This document shows, one piece after another, positions 17,431-26,781 of a stretch of DNA of 35,360 nt. The position numbers and the translations under genes are program-made. Each line of letters begins with the position of its first letter. Positions within the stretch are counted from its first letter, which is position 1. The notes under the pieces are model-generated. The model ran no database searches. It was not told the DNA's origin and saw nothing but the letters and a program-made list of their open reading frames with translations. This DNA is from Burkholderiaceae bacterium (GTDB lineage: Bacteria; Pseudomonadota; Gammaproteobacteria; Burkholderiales; Burkholderiaceae): NCBI GenBank assembly GCA_035539795.1, contig DATLHT010000008.1, positions 1 through 35,360 of the forward strand. Reading direction: 5' to 3'.

Positions 17431-19200
17431 ATGCTGAAGACTCCGATTGGAAATCGCCCGGGCTTTCTGCCTTTGCAGCAAGTCAGTAATGCCGATGGCC
17501 TGAGCTGCGAAGCCGACGTGTCCACCGAGCTTTCACCGGATATGCACACGACCACGGCGCGCTCGCGTGGCATCCTGCTATCCGAACCGCAGCAGCATAG
17601 GCAGCATGGGGGGGCGCCGGGGTCGCCCACGCTGCAGGTGGTGCCTCAACCGCAGCCATCAGCAGGATGTGAGCGCGGGATGCGCGCTTCCCCCTATGCT
17701 CGACACGAGAAGACGCCGGTGCGAACTGGCGATTCGGAGATCGTATCCGCACAGGAGGTATCTGCTTCGCAGCGCATGGTAGAGGGGCGCACCCGCCGTT
17801 TCCTCCTCCAGTTTCTCAGGACGCGCGCCGCATCATCGTCTGCGTTGGGGACAGCCGGCGGGCAGGGCGGAACGCCGCCGCTCCGCGTCGCCAGTCTGCC
17901 TGCACGTGGTGCCGTCTCCCCTCAGGCGCAGACGCAGACGGCACGGCAGATGCCCCTCACAACAGCCATGCCGGGCCTGCAGCCATTGCACGTTTATCAC
18001 GGCCTGCAATTCTCAGGTGCCCCGCCGGTGTCACTGCAAGGGCTAATAGTACGCGGCGGGCAGAATGTGCTGTTATCGTCCATGCTGTGTCATGGTCACC
18101 AGCAGCCGTGGCCGACGGCTATGGCAGGGGGCTCGCCTGTGCTTTCCGATTCGGTACCTCCGCCTGTCACATTGCATGAGTCGCTTCCCGTAACGCTTGC
18201 TGTTCCGTGCGAACCGGCAGGCCCGGAGAATACGGAGGTTTCAAGTCAAGAGCATGCCAGAGCCCCCCATTTGGCAGAGGCCGATATTTCGAGCCCGGTT
18301 CACGCGCAACTTCTCGAAACGACGCGCAGTATCCTGAAAGAGAACCCCGTTGGGGACTGCATGGCGACTCGGCTGCCGTATGTGCAGCAGGTACGTGTCG
18401 CAGCGCACATGCGCAAAGCGCTCGGTCGGGAGTATCGGGCGTTCTGCGATATCCATGCACGGTACAGCCGAGCTACCGCTTCTTCGTGTTCGTTGGAAGC
18501 TTTCTATTTCAGTCTGCAGAACATGTGCGACGCCGCCCGGCGCGCGCCTGAGTTGCGCACCAACTATGTCCGCATGATCGATAGTGACCGACTGATTCGC
18601 CGCTATTGGGTTGCTCTACCGCGTGCTGTGCCGCTGATCGTGGTAGCCCAGGTTGTGACCGACGACCTGTTCGGCGCGATGTCCGTTGTGGAACAGCTAG
18701 GCCAGCAGGAGCAGCCGGACGAACAGGCATTGTCGTCGGCGAGCGAAGTTGTGCAGCAACGGGGATTGCGATGGAGAATGCAATGCACAATGGGATATGA
18801 CTACATGGGGCGGGTGAAGGCGGTCTGTGATGCATACTGGCGGGACAGTGGCATCAGGCTGTCGCACGAACAGCTGTACATGGGGCTGATGAGCCTATGC
18901 CATGAGGCTGGCGAGTCTACCGGGGAGCCCTGCATCGAGCGGTTGAGCGCTGATGTGCTGAGGACATTTACGCAGGCCATTCAGGTTCAAGGTGTCAATC
19001 AGGGAAAGCCTCTGGACGGCATCAAGCGCTACTTCGTGCAGTTGCCGGACGACAAGCGTTTCGTCCTCCTGGCGAGCCCACAAGGCAGTGATCCGCTTGG
19101 CTTGATCGACATCCTCTACAAGCCGGGTTGGCCGCAGATCCGGGATGCCTGCAAGCGCATGGCAGAAACGCCGGCCATCTGGAACGTGAATTGGCGGTAG
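17431..19200 (+). CDS. Hypothetical protein, paralogue 3 (long low-complexity N-terminus + two copies of domain B); candidate secreted effector
   Basis: 589-aa ORF; C-terminal half has two segments each alignable to the C-termini of paralogues 1 and 2. Confidence 0.8.
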   Translation: MLKTPIGNRPGFLPLQQVSNADGLSCEADVSTELSPDMHTTTARSRGILLSEPQQHRQHGGAPGSPTLQVVPQPQPSAGCERGMRASPYARHEKTPVRTGDSEIVSAQEVSASQRMVEGRTRRFLLQFLRTRAASSSALGTAGGQGGTPPLRVASLPARGAVSPQAQTQTARQMPLTTAMPGLQPLHVYHGLQFSGAPPVSLQGLIVRGGQNVLLSSMLCHGHQQPWPTAMAGGSPVLSDSVPPPVTLHESLPVTLAVPCEPAGPENTEVSSQEHARAPHLAEADISSPVHAQLLETTRSILKENPVGDCMATRLPYVQQVRVAAHMRKALGREYRAFCDIHARYSRATASSCSLEAFYFSLQNMCDAARRAPELRTNYVRMIDSDRLIRRYWVALPRAVPLIVVAQVVTDDLFGAMSVVEQLGQQEQPDEQALSSASEVVQQRGLRWRMQCTMGYDYMGRVKAVCDAYWRDSGIRLSHEQLYMGLMSLCHEAGESTGEPCIERLSADVLRTFTQAIQVQGVNQGKPLDGIKRYFVQLPDDKRFVLLASPQGSDPLGLIDILYKPGWPQIRDACKRMAETPAIWNVNWR

Positions 19201-19247
19201 CGGTCCTGCGGCCAACAGCCGCAGGTGCGATGACGGGTTCATTCGCG

Positions 19248-20390
19248 TCAGTCGTGATCAGGCCGCAGCAGCAGGGCCTCCCATGCCGCGACGATGGCCG
19301 GTTCGTGATAGCGCCCGGCAGCTAGCCGTCCCCGTGCCCCGAGGCGGGCACGTAATGCCTCGTCTTTCATCACGCGCCCCAGCGCGTTCGCGAGTGCGGT
19401 CGCATCGTCAGGTGGCACGAGCAGGCCAGCGTCCGTGCCCGCAAGAATCTCGCGTGGTCCGGTCGGGCAGTCGGTCGATACCACTGGCAGGCCGCAGGCC
19501 ATGGCTTCGATCAGTACCAGCCCGAACCCTTCGTAGCGCGAACTGAGGCAGAACACGGACGCTGCGCGATAGTGCGGCAGGACGTCTGGCGTCGCGCCAG
19601 GCAGTTCGACCGAGTCACTGAGTTTGAGCTGATCGCGCAGTGCCTCGAGCGCGGGGCGTGCTTCGCCTTCGCCAACGATGCGCAAGCGCCAGGCTGGGAA
19701 CATCGGCGCCAGCTGGTGCCATGCGTACAGCAGTACGTCGAAGCCCTTGGCGGGAATCAGACGGCCGACAGCCAGGACCAGTGGTGTGTCGGCGCGGGCG
19801 CGTGCATCTTGCGATGTCCTGTCGTATTCACTGCCGTGTTGTGCCGCGGCGGCATCGGTATCGACAGCGAACGGCAGCGGATTGGAAATCGCCACGATCG
19901 GCGCACGTGGCGACAAGGCCTCGAGCCAGCGCGCCCGGTCGCGTTTCGTCAACACCACAACTGCATCGAAGCGGCTGGCTGCCAGCCGGCGCGCCACGCG
20001 GCGGCTGCGGCGCCCCAGGTCTTCGTCGAAGTTGCAATGCTCCCACGCGATCTGCCGTACCGGGAGACCCAATGCAGCGGGCCAGGTGAACCAGGCGAGC
20101 ATCGTGTCGACACCGATCAGTATTTTGATGTCATGCTGTTTCAGGTATGCGCGGATGGCGCGTACCGTTGCCACATAGCGACGCTTGAACGACGGCCGCT
20201 CGGCATGGAGTGCATGCAGCCGGACATCCGGATGCAAGGGATAGCAGCTGCGTTCGCCCCACAGCGTCAGCACATGTACGGTATGGCCTCGGGCCGCGAG
20301 CGCGCTCGCTATCACAGCGGTTACGCGTTCGGCCCCCGCGAGTGCATCAAGTGTGCCCGTGAGGAAACAGATCGCCGGACGCACGCTCAT
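19248..20390 (-). CDS. GT4 glycosyltransferase
   Basis: GAERV, AVGRLIPAKGFD, SSRYEGFGLVLIEAMACGLPVV (EX7E); start moved to ATG 20390 (ATGA overlap with flippase stop). Confidence 0.9.
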   Translation of the reverse strand: MSVRPAICFLTGTLDALAGAERVTAVIASALAARGHTVHVLTLWGERSCYPLHPDVRLHALHAERPSFKRRYVATVRAIRAYLKQHDIKILIGVDTMLAWFTWPAALGLPVRQIAWEHCNFDEDLGRRSRRVARRLAASRFDAVVVLTKRDRARWLEALSPRAPIVAISNPLPFAVDTDAAAAQHGSEYDRTSQDARARADTPLVLAVGRLIPAKGFDVLLYAWHQLAPMFPAWRLRIVGEGEARPALEALRDQLKLSDSVELPGATPDVLPHYRAASVFCLSSRYEGFGLVLIEAMACGLPVVSTDCPTGPREILAGTDAGLLVPPDDATALANALGRVMKDEALRARLGARGRLAAGRYHEPAIVAAWEALLLRPDHD

Positions 20391-21643
20391 GCCAGATGCT
20401 CCCGGCTGCGCCACACACGAACCAGCAGGGCCACGCCGACCGCCACCGCACAGGCGTTGGCACACAGATAGCCAATGGCCGCGCCGCGTGCACCGAAGGC
20501 CGGTATCAGCAGGCTATCGATGGCTACCGTCGCGACCAGCACGGCAAGCCACTTGCCGACGATCCAGACCGGGCGGCGCAACATCACGGCAAGCAAAGTC
20601 AAGGCGGCATCGGCAAACAGCAGGGCACTGCCGAGCGCGACGAGGCGCAGCAGCGCAGCGGCGTCGCTGAAGGCTGCGCCATAGAGCAGATGCACCACCC
20701 ACGGCGCGAGCAGCGCCAGCACGGCGCCGCCTGCCAGGCCCAGCAGGGCCATGCCACCGGCCAGTTGTGCCACGCGGCGTATGGCGATCGTCCGGTCGGC
20801 CTGCGCATAGATCAGCAGTGGCGCGAGCGCATTCACCATGACGGTTGCCAGCAGCAGAAGATTGTCCAGCAGCTGCATGCTGGCCGCATATGCACCGAGT
20901 TCGGCAAGCGGCACAGCCGGTTTCAGCATCAGCTGATCCACACGGCGTGCTGCCATCATCAGCAGCATCGCCAGCCAGAACAGGGCGCCATCATGCAGTA
21001 GCGTCTGCAGCATGGTGCGGTCGAGCGTGTGTCCCAGCGGCGGCATGCCGCGCGTCCGGCGCACATATAGTCCGGCCAGGCATGCCGCGACTAGCAGCGA
21101 CTCGAGCGCCAGCACGCAGGCATACGCGGGCAGCGTACGCACACCTCCTGTATAGAGGGCGCCGACCAACAGCAGTTTCGCCAGAAGCGCAGCCATGGCA
21201 ATGACCGCAGCCGGCCGGTTGTCGGTCTGCGCTTGCAGCCAAGCGATGACGGTACCGAACGGTTCGCGCAGCAGGATACTGATGCCAAGAATGGCGACGG
21301 TCGCACGCAGGATACTTGAGTCACTCAGCCAGAACACGGCGACCAGCAGGCCCATATAGGCCAGCAGTGCGGCCGCGAGCCGCAGGACGAAGACGTGGCG
21401 CAAGAGTGGCTGGTGCGAATCCGCCGCCGGCAATGCGACCAGCCGCGGCACGGTCACCTCGGCACCGCAGACGAGCGTGGCCGCGGCACCAATCAGCACC
21501 AGCGACTGAGCATACTGGAACAGGCCAAAACCTTCGACGCCGAGCGCGCGCGCCAGCATGGCGGCGATGCCGATGCCGGCCACGGTCTGCACACCCCGCT
21601 CGGCCAGGACCCACAGGACGTTATGGGTCAGTCGCCGCTGCAT
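20387..21643 (-). CDS. wzx: Wzx-type oligosaccharide flippase (MOP superfamily)
   Basis: About 12 TM segments; LARALGVEGFG, VDQLML, ELGAYAA, LIPAFGARGAA motifs. Confidence 0.85.
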   Translation of the reverse strand: MQRRLTHNVLWVLAERGVQTVAGIGIAAMLARALGVEGFGLFQYAQSLVLIGAAATLVCGAEVTVPRLVALPAADSHQPLLRHVFVLRLAAALLAYMGLLVAVFWLSDSSILRATVAILGISILLREPFGTVIAWLQAQTDNRPAAVIAMAALLAKLLLVGALYTGGVRTLPAYACVLALESLLVAACLAGLYVRRTRGMPPLGHTLDRTMLQTLLHDGALFWLAMLLMMAARRVDQLMLKPAVPLAELGAYAASMQLLDNLLLLATVMVNALAPLLIYAQADRTIAIRRVAQLAGGMALLGLAGGAVLALLAPWVVHLLYGAAFSDAAALLRLVALGSALLFADAALTLLAVMLRRPVWIVGKWLAVLVATVAIDSLLIPAFGARGAAIGYLCANACAVAVGVALLVRVWRSREHLA

Positions 21644-22752
21644 GCGTCGGACTGCTGGGCGTCATATGCGCCGCATTGCTGGTAGAGGGTGAGCCAGGAT
21701 TCGGCGATGGCGGCAATGCCGAAGCTTTCCACGATGGCGACGCGGGCATCGGGGCTGCGCGGTGCATCGAGGGCCCGCTGTATTGCGGTGGCGAGCGCGG
21801 CCGCCTCGCCGGGTGGCACGATGCGCTCTGGGTCGCGCACCAACAGACGGATGCCGGAGACGTCGGTGGCGACGACCGGTAGTTCGCTCGCGAGTGCCTC
21901 GGCGACGACCAGTGGCATGCCTTCGACGCGAGACGACAGCACGAACAGGTCAGCCGCCTGCATCAGGGCTGGAATGTCATCGCGATTGCCGAGCAAGGTG
22001 ACTGCATCATCCAGGCCGGCCGCAGTGATCTGCTGCGCCAGGACGGCGCGCAGCGGCCCGTCTCCGGCAACCAGCAGATGCGTGGCGGGATGCGCGGCGT
22101 GCACCTGCGCGAATGCTTCCAGCAGCGTGTCCTGCGCTTTCTCGGGCACCAGCCGGCCGGCATGCAGCAGCACGCGGGTCGTATCCGGCATGCCGAGCGC
22201 CGCACGCAAGCGGGTACGACTCGCAGGATCGGGCGCGAAGCGCGTCGTGTCGATGCCATTGGGGACGACGACCACGCGTTCGGCCGGCGCGGCGTCGGAC
22301 TGGACCATGCGTGCCCTGCCTTCTGCACTGACGTGCGTCGTCAGCGTGCAGGCAGGATCGGTCAGCCGGTACGCCATCATGCGCAGCCAGCCGCCCTCGT
22401 GCACGCTGTGCGCGGTGCAGAACAGCGGAACCGTGCTGGCGCCGGGGGAGGTCAGCCGGAGCAGGCGCGCGAACAGGTTGGCGTGGAACATGTGGCTGTG
22501 CACCACATCGGGCTGCCATTGCCGCACCACGGCCCGCGCGGCACTCAGGGCGCGCAGCAGTGCCAGCGGCTGCTTGCGCAGATGCAGGAAGGTCACTTCC
22601 ACACCCTCCGGAATGGGAAATTGGCTGGCGGTTCCGGTAAGGCTGATGATATGTACCGCGTGGCCGGCAGCTTGCCAGGCGGTCGCGAGATCTACAACCT
22701 GGCGTTCCGCGCCGCCAGTCAGCAGGCCTGTGGTGATGAGCAGGATACGCAT
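21628..22752 (-). CDS. GT4 glycosyltransferase
   Basis: GGAERQV, PDVVHSHMFHAN, VPNGID, AGRLVPEK, SSRVEGMPLVVAEA. Confidence 0.92.
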   Translation of the reverse strand: MRILLITTGLLTGGAERQVVDLATAWQAAGHAVHIISLTGTASQFPIPEGVEVTFLHLRKQPLALLRALSAARAVVRQWQPDVVHSHMFHANLFARLLRLTSPGASTVPLFCTAHSVHEGGWLRMMAYRLTDPACTLTTHVSAEGRARMVQSDAAPAERVVVVPNGIDTTRFAPDPASRTRLRAALGMPDTTRVLLHAGRLVPEKAQDTLLEAFAQVHAAHPATHLLVAGDGPLRAVLAQQITAAGLDDAVTLLGNRDDIPALMQAADLFVLSSRVEGMPLVVAEALASELPVVATDVSGIRLLVRDPERIVPPGEAAALATAIQRALDAPRSPDARVAIVESFGIAAIAESWLTLYQQCGAYDAQQSDACSGD

Positions 22753-22760
22753 GTAGTCTC

Positions 22761-24086
22761 TCAGCGCGCGCCGTAGCCGGTCAGCAGCGTGCGCAGCGTC
22801 TTGGCAGCGATCAACAGGTCGAGCGCCAGCGAGCGGTGCTTGACGTAGTACAGGTCATAACTCAGCTTGGTCACTGTCTCGGCATCGGTGGCAGTGTAGC
22901 CTTGCTGTACCTGAGCCCAGCCCGACAGACCGGGGCGCACCAGATGGCGATACGGATAGTAAGGAATGCTCTGCGCATAGCGCTGAGCGATCTCCACGAT
23001 CTCCGGGCGGGGGCCGATCAGGCTCATCTCGCCGGCCAGGACGTTCCACAGCTGTGGCAGTTCGTCGAGGCGGTACTTGCGGATGATACGTCCGACCCGC
23101 GTGACACGTGGATCGTTGCGCACCGCGAACTGCTGCTCCGTGCCATGCTCATGCGTCATGCTGCGGAACTTGAGCAGGGTGAAGGGGTGACCATAGCGGC
23201 CCATGCGCGCCTGGCGGAACAACACGGGGCCGGACGATTCGACGCGGATGGCCAGCGCCACCAGCAAGGAGGCCGGCAAGGCAAACGGTAGCAGCACCAA
23301 TGCGCCGGCAATGTCGGTGAGGCGCTTGAAGGCGTCGAACAGCAGGCGCGACACATGGTCGTCGTGGAATTCCGTGTCGATATGCGCGAGTCCCACACGG
23401 CCCGTTAGCAGTTCGCCTACGCGCTCCACCGAATAGATACGCACATGGCTGATCTTGAGCTGCACCAGCAGGCGCGCCTGTTCGTCGTTGAGCGGTGCGC
23501 CCCGGTCGAGCATGATGCCATCGCACTGCCGCGCTTCGGCCTGGCTCTGCACGACGCGCAGCGTGGCCGGCGCGGGCCGGGCCGCCCCCGGCATGTCGAG
23601 CATGGCCTGCAGTGTGCCGACGGCTTGCGCATCGAGCGCACCGAACACCGGCACGTAGCGGCTGATGAAGCGCCGGTAGCCGAGCCACAGCCACAGCAGC
23701 GTGACGCCATAGCTGAGCAGCAGCGCGCCGCGCGAATAGGGCAGGTGGAACATCAGTACCACGCCGAGCAGGACAGCGAACGGCACAGCGGTAGAGAGGC
23801 CAATCAGGCTGTTGCCCTCGATGGACGGCACATGGATAGTGCGGTCGATCATCAGGCAAGCGAGCAGGTAGGGCAGCACCGACCAGAGGATGGTCTGCGT
23901 GAAGACATAGGTGACGTAGCCGCGCTGGGCGGCCTGGTGCGCGAGCCAGAGATTGCATGCGAACAGCGTCAGGCCAAGCACGCCCCACGCCAGCATGCGG
24001 CTGCGGCGGCGCGCCAGTTCGGACATCGTGCTCGGTCCCGAGAGGGCTGACTGGCCGGCTGGAACGGGAGGCTTGGAAGATGTCAT
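22761..24086 (-). CDS. Polyprenyl-phosphate phosphoglycosyltransferase (WbaP/WcaJ-like sugar transferase)
   Basis: Four N-terminal TMs, then [57 protein letters not shown]. Confidence 0.93.
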   Translation of the reverse strand: MTSSKPPVPAGQSALSGPSTMSELARRRSRMLAWGVLGLTLFACNLWLAHQAAQRGYVTYVFTQTILWSVLPYLLACLMIDRTIHVPSIEGNSLIGLSTAVPFAVLLGVVLMFHLPYSRGALLLSYGVTLLWLWLGYRRFISRYVPVFGALDAQAVGTLQAMLDMPGAARPAPATLRVVQSQAEARQCDGIMLDRGAPLNDEQARLLVQLKISHVRIYSVERVGELLTGRVGLAHIDTEFHDDHVSRLLFDAFKRLTDIAGALVLLPFALPASLLVALAIRVESSGPVLFRQARMGRYGHPFTLLKFRSMTHEHGTEQQFAVRNDPRVTRVGRIIRKYRLDELPQLWNVLAGEMSLIGPRPEIVEIAQRYAQSIPYYPYRHLVRPGLSGWAQVQQGYTATDAETVTKLSYDLYYVKHRSLALDLLIAAKTLRTLLTGYGAR

Positions 24087-25198
24087 GGCCGTTTGCGTGC
24101 TTGCAGGGTATCGAGGTAGACCTGCCAGGTCAGTTCGGCCATCGGACCGATGCGATAGTGAGAAGCGTAGCGGCGGCGTGCGGCATTGCCCAGTTCCGCA
24201 CGGCGCGCTGGATCGGCGGCCAGGGCCTGCAGCGCGGCTGCCACCGCGCCGGGATTGCGCGGCGGCACGAGCACGCCGCAGTTGCCGTTGTCGAGCTGTT
24301 CGCGGATGCCTGGCAGGTCGCTGGCCACGATGGGCAGGCCGGCGCGCATGGCCTCGAGCACCGAAAGCGGAAAGCCTTCATGGTCTGACAGGAGCACGAA
24401 GATCTGCGCGGAGGCCAGCAGCGCGGGCATGTCCTCGACTTCGCCCGGTAGCGTGATCTGCACCAGCGGCGGCGTGTTGCTCGCATAGGCGCGCATGATG
24501 TCGAGCTGCGGACCATCGCCGGCGATGATGATTTCGACGGGCTGGGATGGCTGCAGCCGCCGCCCGGCATCGATTAGCAGGTCGGGGCGCTTGGGCGGGG
24601 CAAAGCGCGCCGCCATGACGATGCGTTCGACACGCGCCGTCGGATCGGCGCGGTGCGCTGTATCGGGAATGCCGTTGGGAATCGTCGCGATGCGCGCGGT
24701 GCGCAGCGGCAGCCGGCGCGCCATGGCATGCTCGGCCGAGGAAACACAGATCATGCGCGTGGTGAAAGGCGCCAGCATGCTTTCCGTGAGCTGGGCCACC
24801 AGCCGCTGCAGGGCTGGCGCTTCTGGCTTGAAGGCAAAGCCGTGCACCGTGTAGACCACGGGAATGCGGAGCAGCGCGCCAGCCAGCCGCGCGATGGCGC
24901 CGGCCTTGGCGCTGTGCGCATGGATCAGGTCCGGACGGACGCGACGCAGCGTGGCCACGATCTGTCCCAACAGACGCATGCCGCGCAGTGGCGAGAGCGA
25001 ATTGTCGAGCAGCGGCACGGGAATCGCCCGCGCGCCGGTCGCTTCCATCTCGCGCAGCATGGCGCCTTCGCCGCCGGCCAGGACCGTGGCGTCGACGCGC
25101 CCGGCCAGTGCGGCGTACAGGTCGGCCAGATGCCGTTGCGCACCGCCTGTCCCGGAGTCGGTGATCAGGTACGCGATTTTCAGCGGGGAATCTGCCAT
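24083..25198 (-). CDS. GT4 glycosyltransferase
   Basis: GGAQRH, PDLIHAHSAKAG, TVHGF, IPNGI, SDHEGFPLSVLEAMRAG; start moved to ATG 25198 (MADSPLKIAYLIT). Confidence 0.9.
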   Translation of the reverse strand: MADSPLKIAYLITDSGTGGAQRHLADLYAALAGRVDATVLAGGEGAMLREMEATGARAIPVPLLDNSLSPLRGMRLLGQIVATLRRVRPDLIHAHSAKAGAIARLAGALLRIPVVYTVHGFAFKPEAPALQRLVAQLTESMLAPFTTRMICVSSAEHAMARRLPLRTARIATIPNGIPDTAHRADPTARVERIVMAARFAPPKRPDLLIDAGRRLQPSQPVEIIIAGDGPQLDIMRAYASNTPPLVQITLPGEVEDMPALLASAQIFVLLSDHEGFPLSVLEAMRAGLPIVASDLPGIREQLDNGNCGVLVPPRNPGAVAAALQALAADPARRAELGNAARRRYASHYRIGPMAELTWQVYLDTLQARKRP

Positions 25199-25267
25199 GG
25201 TCTGCCGGTGTCTGTTCCGTGTCTGCCTGTCTTTTCTGCCAGGCTGCGCGGAAATGGGGTGCTGGGC

Positions 25268-25273
25268 ATTATA
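25268..25273 (-). promoter_or_regulatory. Putative -10 element of the GT4/PGT/wzx operon
   Basis: Perfect TATAAT on the minus strand about 70 nt upstream of ATG 25198 in a divergent intergenic region; no good -35 at 17 nt. Confidence 0.4.
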
Positions 25274-25391
25274 AACTGGCCTGCTCGCCAGAATCCGGCA
25301 AAATACGGGTTTGACTGCGCGGAGCAGCGTGTGGCTGGCGAACTCGTCAGGTCTGCGTCCTCCGGCGCGACGACCGCTCAGGAACATATCA

Positions 25392-26777
25392 ATGCAACTC
25401 GACGCCTCCATTTTCAAGGCCTACGACATCCGCGGCATCATCGGCAAGACCCTGGATCGCGACGTGGCGAGGTTGATCGGCCAGTCCTTCGGCTCGGCCA
25501 TGCGCGCGCTCGGCGAGCAGACTGCCGTGGTGGGCCGCGACGGCCGCCTGTCCGGGCCCGACCTGCTGGGCGGGCTGGTAGAAGGGCTGCGCGCCACTGG
25601 CGTGGATGTCATTGACCTTGGCATGGTGGCCACGCCGATGGTGTACTTCGGCGCCAATGTCGAACTCGACGGCCGCCGCGCCACCTCGGCCATCATGGTG
25701 ACCGGCAGCCATAATCCGCCCGACTACAACGGCTTCAAGATGGTGCTGGCCGGGCAGGCCATCTATGGCGAGCAGATCCAGGCACTGCGCGAGCGCATCG
25801 TGCGCGGCGACTTTGCGGCCGGCGCAGGCAGCTATGTGCAGGTCGATATCGCCCAACAGTATCTCGATCGCATCACCGGCGACGTGAAGCTGGCACGCCC
25901 GATGAAGATTGCCGTCGACGCCGGCAACGGCGTGGCAGGCGCGTTTGCGCCGACCCTGTTCCGCGCGCTCGGTTGCGAGGTGACGGAACTGTTCTGCGAG
26001 GTCGACGGGACCTTCCCCAACCATCATCCCGACCCGGCCCATCTGGAGAATCTCGACGACCTGATCCGCACGTTGCGCGAGACCGATTGCGAGATCGGCC
26101 TGGCCTTCGATGGGGATGGCGACCGCCTCGGTGTCGTCACCAAGGACGGGCAGGTCATCTTTCCCGACCGCCAGCTGATGCTGTTCGCGCAGGAGGTGCT
26201 GTCGCGCCATCCGGGCGAGCGGATCATCTACGACGTCAAATGCACCGGCAAGCTGGCACCGTGGATCCGCGAGCACGGCGGCGAGCCGCTCATGTGGAAG
26301 ACTGGCCATTCGCTGGTCAAGGCCAAGCTCAAGGAGACCGGCGCGCCGCTGGCGGGTGAGATGAGCGGCCATATCTTCTTCAAGGATCGCTGGTACGGCT
26401 TTGACGACGGGCTCTACACCGGAGCACGCCTGCTCGAGATCATCTCGCGGGTGGCCGACACGGCGGCGCTGCTCAATGCGCTGCCGAACTCCAACTGCAC
26501 GCCGGAACTGCAACTGAAATGCGCGGAAGGCGAACCCTTCACCCTGCTGGATCGCATCAAGGCCAACGCCACGTTCCCTGGGGCGCGGGAGGTCAACAAG
26601 ATCGACGGCGTGCGCGTGGAGTACGAAGACGGTTTCGGCCTGGCCCGGCCCTCCAACACCACGCCGGTGGTGGTGATGCGTTTCGAGGCCGACAACGATG
26701 CCGCGCTGGCACGCATCCAGGCGGCCTTCCGCGAGGTCATCCTGGCGGCCAAGCCCGACGCGCAGCTGCCGTTCTGA
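25392..26777 (+). CDS. pgm: Phosphomannomutase/phosphoglucomutase (AlgC-like)
   Basis: IFKAYDIRG, TGSHNP phosphoserine loop, FDGDGDR metal loop, GEMSGH, RPSNT; ATG 25392 after CAGGA. Confidence 0.95.
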   Translation: MQLDASIFKAYDIRGIIGKTLDRDVARLIGQSFGSAMRALGEQTAVVGRDGRLSGPDLLGGLVEGLRATGVDVIDLGMVATPMVYFGANVELDGRRATSAIMVTGSHNPPDYNGFKMVLAGQAIYGEQIQALRERIVRGDFAAGAGSYVQVDIAQQYLDRITGDVKLARPMKIAVDAGNGVAGAFAPTLFRALGCEVTELFCEVDGTFPNHHPDPAHLENLDDLIRTLRETDCEIGLAFDGDGDRLGVVTKDGQVIFPDRQLMLFAQEVLSRHPGERIIYDVKCTGKLAPWIREHGGEPLMWKTGHSLVKAKLKETGAPLAGEMSGHIFFKDRWYGFDDGLYTGARLLEIISRVADTAALLNALPNSNCTPELQLKCAEGEPFTLLDRIKANATFPGAREVNKIDGVRVEYEDGFGLARPSNTTPVVVMRFEADNDAALARIQAAFREVILAAKPDAQLPF

Positions 26778-26781
26778 GACG

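Noticed and set aside
19193-19204. GGCGGTAG ops core at the end of paralogue 3
   Set aside because: It is the W-R-stop codons, lacks the TG of GGCGGTAGnnTG, and no co-oriented operon follows
12721-19247. Mobile element, prophage or att-bounded island around the paralogue array
   Set aside because: No integrase, transposase, tRNA, terminal inverted repeats or flanking direct repeats recognised by eye
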